Source: an uncultured virus (IMG/VR IMGVR_UViG_3300046522_000747) (lineage: Duplodnaviria > Heunggongvirae > Uroviricota > Caudoviricetes). Taken from it: a stretch of DNA of 63,704 bases. The stretch lies in the IMG/VR virus record IMGVR_UViG_3300046522_000747; one strand, 5' to 3'. The translations under genes were made by a program, and so were the position numbers. The notes beneath the pieces are model-generated. The model did no database searches. It had not been told where the DNA came from and saw only the letters and a list, made by a program, of their open reading frames with translations. Shown piece after piece: positions 56,054 to 63,704 of this stretch (positions within the stretch are counted from its first letter, which is position 1; the number at the start of each line of letters is the position of its first letter).

Positions 56054-57088
56054 TTAGATTCGAGGTTCCAGATCGAGTGGGATACTGGAGTCAAGGGGCT
56101 CTCTTGACACAAACTCATAGTCCCATTCGTTGCTGATCGCCTCTGCGCCATACTGAGCAATCAGCGCGGCAAAATGATTGTCTGTGGTTGCATCGCCCTC
56201 GATTTCAGTTGCCGCAGCTGTTCCTGCATGATCATCACTTTTTCTCGCCTTGAACACAGGCCGACCACTTAGATCGCAGGCTCCAACGAATACCGAATGG
56301 CTTATCCGGCCATCTTCACTGGTATAGACGGCGACAGTTTTTGGAGGCTTACTGGCCTCTTCTTCCGCATCTTTATGAGCAGCGTACTCTTCAAGAGTCA
56401 TGCCTAGCTGATTGCGCTCCAATTCATCCTGAGCGGCACTGCATTCAAACTCTGCCAAGGCATCTTTGTCGCCTTCAAACATTGCATTAAATTCAGCTAG
56501 GATTTTATCCTGATTATGGCTCCTTGAAAATTCTCGGCCCATATATCGAGCTACCGAGAGATCGTTTTCCCGCTCTTTTATAGGCGCGTCAATCAAAGAT
56601 TTTAGAATTATTTTGGCGTAGCTGAGGCCAGATTTGGCCATGTCAGGGAGTGCTCTCAGAGCATTTGGAGTGATAAAGCAGCCTCCTGTCAGGACAACCT
56701 CAGAGGTAGTAATTTCACTCTTATTTCGTAAGAAAATACTCTGCCTATCAATTTTCATTTCTTTAAAATCACTAATAATCATGACTCTGCCAGGAGTCTT
56801 ACTGCTCTGCGTCATGTCAATATGCGAAGTTGACAGTCCTTTTTTTGAAAGCGTGGCATCTAACTTATCTGCTATCTCAAGAATTTTTCGCTCGCTCCAA
56901 TCGCAATCAATCAGTTCCAAGGTCATTTGTGAATTGGCGCTTTTTATGCTGATAAACCCAGATGAATATATATTTTGCTCTTCCAATAATCCTTTTACAT
57001 AGTACCTAAATTCTATCGACACCCATTGTCCACTTGCGTAACCCAAGTCAAGTTCTATGCTATGCAGCTCTACTGTATCATTGTTCAT
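56054..57088 (-). CDS. hypothetical protein with C-terminal GDATTD.HFAAL module
   Basis: 344 aa; ATGA-coupled. Confidence 0.75.
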   Translation of the reverse strand: MNNDTVELHSIELDLGYASGQWVSIEFRYYVKGLLEEQNIYSSGFISIKSANSQMTLELIDCDWSERKILEIADKLDATLSKKGLSTSHIDMTQSSKTPGRVMIISDFKEMKIDRQSIFLRNKSEITTSEVVLTGGCFITPNALRALPDMAKSGLSYAKIILKSLIDAPIKERENDLSVARYMGREFSRSHNQDKILAEFNAMFEGDKDALAEFECSAAQDELERNQLGMTLEEYAAHKDAEEEASKPPKTVAVYTSEDGRISHSVFVGACDLSGRPVFKARKSDDHAGTAAATEIEGDATTDNHFAALIAQYGAEAISNEWDYEFVSREPLDSSIPLDLEPRI

Positions 57089-57570
57089 TCCGTAATCTCA
57101 TCGGTTGCTGGTACGTTGTCAGGGTCGTATTTCCATTGAACGACGGTCACGCCCTCAGGTATGTTGAACCACGTTCCGGCATACGCATATAGGTCTGTGA
57201 TCCCGCCATTACCACGTCCCGGCCAGTAGCCCATGTATTCCACGATCACAGAATGAATCTCAGGAGGAAGCGTTAGATCGGTAACCCACTCCCCCAAGGG
57301 ATATTCGAAAGGACTGATCGCCATTGGCCTTTTGGCGTCCAAAGAGCAGTTTTCGCGCAAAAACATCCATCCGGTAATCTTTACGCTTTCAGGCACGTTG
57401 AACCACTCGCCTTTATAGGCATAGATGTCAGCATATGCCCCTGTTCCACGCCCAGGCCAATATCCTTCATATCGACCAATGACAACCTCCATGTCGGGAG
57501 GAATTGTGCCGTCATTGACCCATTTTCCGAGCTTAACTTTTTTGGTGTCAACCATTCGGGTTCCAGGCAT
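57085..57570 (-). CDS. Trp-rich protein with two tandem repeats
   Basis: LG.WV.D.T.PP..Y.GYWPGRG.G...D.YAY.G.WFN.PE.V....W occurs twice. Confidence 0.75.
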   Translation of the reverse strand: MPGTRMVDTKKVKLGKWVNDGTIPPDMEVVIGRYEGYWPGRGTGAYADIYAYKGEWFNVPESVKITGWMFLRENCSLDAKRPMAISPFEYPLGEWVTDLTLPPEIHSVIVEYMGYWPGRGNGGITDLYAYAGTWFNIPEGVTVVQWKYDPDNVPATDEITE

Positions 57571-58744
57571 TTATGCTCTTCTTGGTGTCGCTAATAAGCT
57601 TGGCCATTGTTCCGGCGCCCTGACGGTCAGTCAGCTTTTTTGTGCCTTCCAGGGCTTTCAGTTCGTTTTGAGCGGCACTATTGCCTCGCTCAGCACACAA
57701 GGAAAACCAGACGTAGGCTTGAGCCTCCCTGTCAGATCCACCGTAAGTGCCCAGAGAGAGTCCATTGGCGTAAGCGTACATTGCCGATACATCACCAGAC
57801 AGGGCTGCCTTTTCCATGTCACTACTGGCGTTGGCCTTATCGCCCGCAGTCAGGCGACGTTTCGCCCGAGCAACGAGGGCTTGTGGCTGACCGGCATTTG
57901 CAGCCGCGTCCAGGTGCGCCAGAGAGTCCGCACCTGACTTTTTACTCAATAGGTACAGCTGATACGCCGCGTCGGCATCACCCGCTTGATATGCCTCATT
58001 AAGATAAAATCTTCCCAAGTCAGGGTCATTGAGATTCGGTTGGTACACGTTAATCAGTAAAAGCCCATACTCTCGTTTCGCACGTACACTTTTGGCGGCT
58101 GCCTGCTCCATCATGCTTCGACCAAGGCTTAGGTCGCCAGTCGTTGGTTTTTTCAGCTCGTTCCAGGCAAGAACGCGCAGTGCTTCAGGGTGTCCAAGCT
58201 GATTGGCCTGCTCAAGATGAATGTTGGCAAGGTCTTGATTGACCGGAACGATATCGCCTTTCATGTAATGCTTGGCTAGCAGGTAATACGCCTCAGCATT
58301 GCCCTGTGATGCCGCCTCTTCAAGCAGCACCAGCATCGAACCGAATTCCTCATTCTTTTCGGCTGCCTTGGCTTCCTGAAGCTTATCCTCACCGCCCGAC
58401 AGAGCCTGTGTCGGAGCCACCTCCACCATAGGTGTTTCGATGGGTGCAGGCGTTGGCTGGTAGCCGTAGTAACCCGATGTGTTGTACTGGTCTTGTGACG
58501 TTGGGTAATAGGTATCTGAGGGTGGCTCAATCGTTGGGATAGGTACGGCGTCAGCAAACGGTTGCTCAACATAGGTTGAGTCGGGCGATTGATTTACAGT
58601 GGTGCCTTCTTGAACGACCGGAAGGGTTACATCCAGGTCGGTGTACTGAAAGCTTTCTCGGCGACTGGTTTCAAAGGGCGTAATTTGGACGCAGCCCGAC
58701 ATCAGTGTGCTGACGACAGCCAGTGACAATAGTGTTTTGTTCAT
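57548..58744 (-). CDS. Sel1-repeat lipoprotein
   Basis: lipobox MSGC; AASQGNAEAYYLLA, AALSGDVSAMYAYA, AYVWFSLCAERGN. Confidence 0.85.
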   Translation of the reverse strand: MNKTLLSLAVVSTLMSGCVQITPFETSRRESFQYTDLDVTLPVVQEGTTVNQSPDSTYVEQPFADAVPIPTIEPPSDTYYPTSQDQYNTSGYYGYQPTPAPIETPMVEVAPTQALSGGEDKLQEAKAAEKNEEFGSMLVLLEEAASQGNAEAYYLLAKHYMKGDIVPVNQDLANIHLEQANQLGHPEALRVLAWNELKKPTTGDLSLGRSMMEQAAAKSVRAKREYGLLLINVYQPNLNDPDLGRFYLNEAYQAGDADAAYQLYLLSKKSGADSLAHLDAAANAGQPQALVARAKRRLTAGDKANASSDMEKAALSGDVSAMYAYANGLSLGTYGGSDREAQAYVWFSLCAERGNSAAQNELKALEGTKKLTDRQGAGTMAKLISDTKKSINAWNPNG

Positions 58745-59058
58745 GTGTTTCCTTGTGACGAAAAAGAGTATTGTTCGTGATACTTCATCATCGAACGGGT
58801 GTTTTCAAAGCCACCACCCGTACCGAGGATGACATTGTGATCGTCCAGCCGGACAGAGCCTAGTTTTTTGAGCTTGTAAACGGCAGATCTCACACATTTT
58901 TTGACATACTGTGACGGAATAAATCGAACGCCACGTTTGCGCATTTCTGCATCGACAACCATGGGTTCTAAAAATCTGGATAGTTGCTGATCTGTGCGTT
59001 TTTTGACACTGTTGAGGCGATCATTTAACTTGGCTGAATCGTTGGCGGTCGTTCTCAT
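58741..59058 (-). CDS. small basic protein
   Basis: start MRTTAN (AAGGT RBS). Confidence 0.65.
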   Translation of the reverse strand: MRTTANDSAKLNDRLNSVKKRTDQQLSRFLEPMVVDAEMRKRGVRFIPSQYVKKCVRSAVYKLKKLGSVRLDDHNVILGTGGGFENTRSMMKYHEQYSFSSQGNT

Positions 59059-59175
59059 AAATACCTTGGCTGACAATGTAATTAAACAATAATATTGAAT
59101 CTCCAGATAACTGTCAAATGATGGTTTGTCTGTGATTACATGGTATAATAACCAAAATAATAAGAGGAATCTCTC

Positions 59176-60279
59176 ATGACCATTCAGGTTGCATTGGAAC
59201 ATCCCCGTGCAGACGAAATTTTAAAGCAAGCAGAACTTGAAAATGGTGCTCTGGCTCAATACAACATCGAACTCAGGGATGACCTGCCTCTCCACGGATT
59301 CGCCCCTTACCCAGTGGGTGTTGTTGAGGCATTCAAATTGCGCGTTGATGGTGTAGATAGCTTTCTGTTCTACAATAAACAGGATGACTACTTTCGCCCT
59401 ACCATCATGTCAGTTGATTGCGTGAAGGAAAATCCTCAGCTAATTGCTTACATCACGCCGATGGCGGATAAGCAGCGTAAAGAAAACGAAGAGCGCCAGC
59501 AAAAAATCGAACAGGCTGCAAGACAGCAACAGATTCTGGATCGGCAGCGACGTGAAATAGAAGAGACTAAGAACGCAGAGCTAGAGCGTCAGCGAACTGT
59601 ATTAAGCAAGCTTGCTACTCATCTGAATCTACCCCTATCCGATACGCTGCACTATACCGTCAAGCACACGGCTGACCGGTTGTTGGAACTGGAGTCTTTA
59701 CAGGGCGGGAAATTGAACCTAAGCGTTTTGTCCATTCCTGGCAAAGTTTTTGACATCACTTCAACAACGGTAAAGGATTCGATTAATCAGGCTATTTATA
59801 AACAGCGTTATAGGCATGATGTTGAATTCAAGGCACTGTCTGAAGAATCAATTGAAATATCATTCAAGGATCTAAAAGGCGCTGTATTGAGTAAGGGTGT
59901 TTTTGGCTTCACTGGTTTTGAGGAATTTGGAACTCTTCATGACGAAGGGTTTGCGGAAAATGTCAGCTTTATCATCGAGACAATCAATATCGATCCTGAA
60001 GAGGGTGTTGCTCCTCAGGTTACGGAAAAAGGTCGTCCAGTGCTGTTTAGAGACTCGAAATTTAAAGAGGCGTATGCGGCATTAAGCGAAATCCAGTTCA
60101 TCGATCTGCGTTATGAGTCTCTTTGCAAAGGCCCTCTTGTGGAAACAGGATCAACTGAATTACTGCCGATATTGGGCAGAAACCTGTTGGAAACAACAAA
60201 GCAGGCGCACAAAATTACGAATGAAATACTGCCTAAACCAAACCTGTCAAAGACGGAATCTACGTTCCAATTAGGTTAA
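59176..60279 (+). CDS. hypothetical protein, paralogue of 60336-61340
   Basis: GAGGA RBS; shared motifs. Confidence 0.8.
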   Translation: MTIQVALEHPRADEILKQAELENGALAQYNIELRDDLPLHGFAPYPVGVVEAFKLRVDGVDSFLFYNKQDDYFRPTIMSVDCVKENPQLIAYITPMADKQRKENEERQQKIEQAARQQQILDRQRREIEETKNAELERQRTVLSKLATHLNLPLSDTLHYTVKHTADRLLELESLQGGKLNLSVLSIPGKVFDITSTTVKDSINQAIYKQRYRHDVEFKALSEESIEISFKDLKGAVLSKGVFGFTGFEEFGTLHDEGFAENVSFIIETINIDPEEGVAPQVTEKGRPVLFRDSKFKEAYAALSEIQFIDLRYESLCKGPLVETGSTELLPILGRNLLETTKQAHKITNEILPKPNLSKTESTFQLG

Positions 60280-60335
60280 TCGCTAAATAGCCACCTTATT
60301 TATTATGCTAAAATGGATAAAAGTGAGGTGGTTTC

Positions 60336-61340
60336 ATGTCAGACATAAGAACAATAAAAGACAGAGAATTCAAAGAACTGTTGCTCGACGTGGAGCGGCA
60401 GAAACGCTACGTGGGCGTTTATCAAGTAGATATTGATGCCGATAAATCAGTTGATTCTTACAAAGTTTCAATTGATGGCGAAGACCATTATCTCTTTAAG
60501 GATTATGCTCATAATGGCTTTCAGTATAAGGCCATTCCCTGCCTTCAGCTTGCAGATCCCATCACATTCATTGGCAATATTAGACCATCTGTTGAGTTGG
60601 AAAATTCTTCAATTGTCAATGAAAGAAAGCGCGCTAGTTTAATTGGCTCAATGGCTCGGCACATGGGACTGAAGAGCGAATCGACGCTTGGGTTTTTAGA
60701 CGGTATCCGCCACCCTCGTATTGGTCAAATGCTGATGGAGCTTGAGCGGTTACAAGGCGGCAACATCGATTTTACTGCGATCAAAAAGATCACCCCTTCT
60801 GATCTCAAAGCCGATGCCAAACACGTCTACCGGGCTCTGAATGACGCAATTTACCCGCTACGTTACGGTCATGATGTAAGGGTGAATGTACAAGACAGCA
60901 TGCTGACAATTTATCTCACCAAAATCATGAGTCATGGTCGTGGGCATGCAGATATTCTAAATATTCCGCTGGAGTCACAACCTGCTCAAGCGTTGTCTTT
61001 CGACGATGATCAGATTCCTTATGAGTTCGATTACACGTCGAGAACATTGGCGCCGCCTGATAAAGTGATGGCTTTCCAAGGAGGTCGCCCTATTCCTTTG
61101 GAGCATTGTGCCTACAAAGGCTTGTACGAAGCACTTAAGCACATTGAGATCGTCCAGGCTGATCCAGTACATAAGTTTCTCAAACGTCCGGATTTCAGTT
61201 TTGGTGATGATGCAAAGATAGCTCAGACGATTAAACGCTCGATGGAGGAAATCGGCTTAAGCGCAGCTTTCGAGAAGGTGTTTGCAGTCAAAAAAACTCA
61301 CGAGGTATCAGTGGTCAGCGAAAAAGGACTTTCAATGTGA
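60336..61340 (+). CDS. hypothetical protein, paralogue of 59176-60279
   Basis: GAGGTG RBS; shared motifs. Confidence 0.8.
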   Translation: MSDIRTIKDREFKELLLDVERQKRYVGVYQVDIDADKSVDSYKVSIDGEDHYLFKDYAHNGFQYKAIPCLQLADPITFIGNIRPSVELENSSIVNERKRASLIGSMARHMGLKSESTLGFLDGIRHPRIGQMLMELERLQGGNIDFTAIKKITPSDLKADAKHVYRALNDAIYPLRYGHDVRVNVQDSMLTIYLTKIMSHGRGHADILNIPLESQPAQALSFDDDQIPYEFDYTSRTLAPPDKVMAFQGGRPIPLEHCAYKGLYEALKHIEIVQADPVHKFLKRPDFSFGDDAKIAQTIKRSMEEIGLSAAFEKVFAVKKTHEVSVVSEKGLSM

Positions 61341-61687
61341 TTACTCAATTTGTTGATATCAGTCCTTATAGCACCGTACTGGTGATGCCGTGTCAATCAG
61401 AGGCAGAATGCGCCAAACGGCTCGGTGTTGATGACGGTTTCTTGTTTGTGCCTGCCCTACTCATGGATGATTTTGACGTATATTTCCATCCTCGAATGTT
61501 TGCAGATTACGCGGGAAGAGACATTTGTACTGTATATATACCGTTACAAGATTGGGAGGCGTTTTTGAATTTAATGCCGATCAACGATTTGACATGGAGA
61601 CTGCTGAAATTACTCGATCAATGGTTACAATCTGATGCAAATTATATTCTTTTTGAGTATAATATCGATCAAGGGTTGGATGATTAA
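61337..61687 (+). CDS. acidic hypothetical protein
   Basis: GTGA-coupled; AAGGA RBS. Confidence 0.65.
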   Translation: MITQFVDISPYSTVLVMPCQSEAECAKRLGVDDGFLFVPALLMDDFDVYFHPRMFADYAGRDICTVYIPLQDWEAFLNLMPINDLTWRLLKLLDQWLQSDANYILFEYNIDQGLDD

Positions 61688-61838
61688 GAATTAAAAAGAA
61701 AGCGGATGCCGAGCCCTCTCCCTCATAATCGGGTTTCTTTTTGACCGCAGTTCATAGCTGCGGTTTTTTAATGCCTGGAGATTTATTTCCCGCTATGCGG
61801 AATGACGCCAGCCGGGTGCTTCACTCCCTCAGTCAGCT

Positions 61839-61877
61839 GTCATTTGTATTGACTCAATGGCCCGATAACGATATAAT
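61839..61877 (+). promoter_or_regulatory. sigma-70 promoter plus 1-mismatch palindrome
   Basis: GTCATT-tgt-ATTGAC (61839-53); TTGACT-17-TATAAT. Confidence 0.8.
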
Positions 61878-61913
61878 AACAATTAATCATATTCAGAAAT
61901 TGGAGTACGTGAC

Positions 61914-62690
61914 GTGCGTGTGGGTTGTCAGAGTGACCATCACCTCGATGAAGGGTTTGCGCTTCTAAAAGATGCGTACCTTGATTCGCTTAAAATTCCC
62001 GAGGTGGATGTGCTCATTGTGGCTGGCGACTTGGCAGCTGATCACGAGCTTGTTCGTAAAGCGCTGTTGCGTTTTCGCCAGTCGGTCGGCTGCATAATCT
62101 ACGTTCCAGGCAATCATGAACATGACCATAAAGACATCCACGAATCGCGGGCGTCTCTGGCAAGCATTTGCCGGGACATTCCAGGCGTACATTTGCTCGA
62201 TGATGGTTTTGTGGATATCAACGGGGTTCGGTTTATCGGATCGACTCTTTGGTCGGATTGCGGAAATCGCGAGAAACAGGCGTTGATTTCGCAGTACATT
62301 TTCAAATACTGGCCGATTCTGAATCGAGGACAGGTGTTCTCCCCTGCCGATTCAACTTTCATGCACCAGCAGATGCTGGACTATGTTCGCTATCAGCTAT
62401 CTGAAGCGCGTAGTCTGGATTTGATCCCGGTGGTGATCTCTCACCAAGCACCTTCGAAAAGGAGTGTGGGAGCCCGTTTCCTCGCCAGCGAGGTGAACGA
62501 GGCTTTCTATACCGACCTGGAGGACTTCATTGAGCTGAATGAGCCTGCCTATTGGTTTCACGGCCACATGCATCACAACTGCTTTTACAAGGTGGGTGAT
62601 GTAACTCAAGTCATTTGCAACCCTCAGGGCGGGATGCTGCGCGCCAACCCTCTTTTTGATCCGTTTTTTTCGATAGAAATCGGAAAATAA
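61914..62690 (+). CDS. calcineurin-like metallophosphoesterase
   Basis: SDHH, AGD, PGNHE, GSTLWSD, SHQAP, HGHMH, CNPQG. Confidence 0.9.
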   Translation: MRVGCQSDHHLDEGFALLKDAYLDSLKIPEVDVLIVAGDLAADHELVRKALLRFRQSVGCIIYVPGNHEHDHKDIHESRASLASICRDIPGVHLLDDGFVDINGVRFIGSTLWSDCGNREKQALISQYIFKYWPILNRGQVFSPADSTFMHQQMLDYVRYQLSEARSLDLIPVVISHQAPSKRSVGARFLASEVNEAFYTDLEDFIELNEPAYWFHGHMHHNCFYKVGDVTQVICNPQGGMLRANPLFDPFFSIEIGK

Positions 62691-62761
62691 TATTCCTGCG
62701 TGATTGGCATCACTGCGCCATCTCCGTATAATTCGGTCTCGAATTTTGTACGGTAGGCGTC

Positions 62762-63112
62762 ATGGCTTTAGCGCAACTTCTTCACTCTGGTTTCGGCTTC
62801 AACGGCTATCGTAATTACGTCCTGGCGCTGGCCTTTCCAGCCGCTGATCGTCCAGAAGATCTCATTGAAAAGCTGCTACAAAGCGGCTACGCGGACGCTG
62901 CTGCACAAAGCACGGCTTCTCTTGTCGATCAGCCAGATCCCAAGACCGGAGTTCTCATGAAAAGGGCTTTTTTCATTAAGGCTGGGCGTGACGGGCCACA
63001 GTGGGAAAACGATGAAGCTGATCATCACATCAGGGATCTGCTGCACATCCTGACGGATCACGGTGTCTTCAATTTGCCGGAGATAGATATCTCCACTGGG
63101 GTTCGGGGCTAG
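62762..63112 (+). CDS. hypothetical protein
   Basis: 116 aa; TATAAT upstream. Confidence 0.7.
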   Translation: MALAQLLHSGFGFNGYRNYVLALAFPAADRPEDLIEKLLQSGYADAAAQSTASLVDQPDPKTGVLMKRAFFIKAGRDGPQWENDEADHHIRDLLHILTDHGVFNLPEIDISTGVRG

Positions 63113-63151
63113 GTCTGTCGCGGAAGGAAGCGACTTGGCCTATGGACTAAC

Positions 63152-63178
63152 AAAAACCACCCAGCGAGGTGGTTTTTT
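63152..63178. terminator. bidirectional terminator
   Basis: AAAAACCACC-N6-GGTGGTTTTTT between convergent genes. Confidence 0.8.
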
Positions 63179-63191
63179 GTCAATGTGTCGT

Positions 63192-63704
63192 CTATTGGGG
63201 TGTGTTTTCTGCAACATCCGGTTTTGCGCTGCGATTTGCTGTTGCAAACAGGTCAAGTTTCGCTCCGATTTTTTTCAGATCGCGAACGTCAGACCGGATT
63301 TCTTCAGTTGTAACTCTGTCGTAGTTTATCGTCGCCTGCTCAGCTCGTTCTAGAACTGAAGTTGCGAATCTTGCGGGATTGCCTTTTCCAAAGGTGCGGA
63401 ACATATCATCGGTGTGGGAGCTGAAAGACTCAATATCAGTATCAATGGTTTCCAGCTGTGCTTTATAACTTGCGGTCAACACCCTGAAGTCCTCTGAAGT
63501 GGTTTCAGGATCTTCTTTTTGAATCTGCTCTAGAAACAATCGGTTCTTCGTCTGAATATTTTTTAGCTCAATAACAGCTTCACGAGCACTGGCTAGCTCT
63601 TTAATAATTGATTCTTGAAGCTTATTTTCTTCTTCATAGCATCCTGACAATGCGGTAAATACAGAGATTAGCATCAATGTGCGAATAACGCTTTTCTTCG
63701 ACAT
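63192..63704 (-). CDS. helical lipoprotein
   Basis: lipobox LSGC; coiled-coil character. Confidence 0.75.
   Translation of the reverse strand: MSKKSVIRTLMLISVFTALSGCYEEENKLQESIIKELASAREAVIELKNIQTKNRLFLEQIQKEDPETTSEDFRVLTASYKAQLETIDTDIESFSSHTDDMFRTFGKGNPARFATSVLERAEQATINYDRVTTEEIRSDVRDLKKIGAKLDLFATANRSAKPDVAENTPQ

Overview
Gene-dense accessory DNA, mostly on the minus strand. GC looks lower than a Pseudomonas chromosome (judged by eye). RecA, ArgRS, TrxB and an AmrZ-like Arc protein look Pseudomonas-like, so the best reading is a Pseudomonas megaplasmid segment; a jumbo phage is not excluded. I saw no virion, replication, conjugation-core or transposase genes, and no tRNA or CRISPR array. Recognisable genes: ahpC-trxB, NADAR, a sigma-70 family factor, two XRE regulators, recA, kptA, tdk, a 5'(3')-deoxyribonucleotidase, a BI-1/YccA membrane protein, a NUDIX hydrolase, a YgiB/YgiC-like pair, two macrodomains, argS, a sirtuin, an ERCC4 nuclease, a Sel1 lipoprotein and a metallophosphoesterase, among dozens of small hypothetical genes. 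Top observations: (1) a palindrome GTCAAT-N3-ATTGAC (7 perfect copies plus several near-perfect ones) overlaps the -35 box of near-consensus sigma-70 promoters heading many small-gene cassettes, implying one repressor-controlled regulon; (2) a highly structured ~200-nt leader RNA precedes a Glyoxalase_8-like/P-loop ATPase gene; (3) RecA carries a second copy of its C-terminal domain on a long linker; (4) orphan antitoxin-like ADP-ribose erasers and a split YefM occur with no matching toxins; (5) a perfect 24-bp palindrome contains a GacA-type box.
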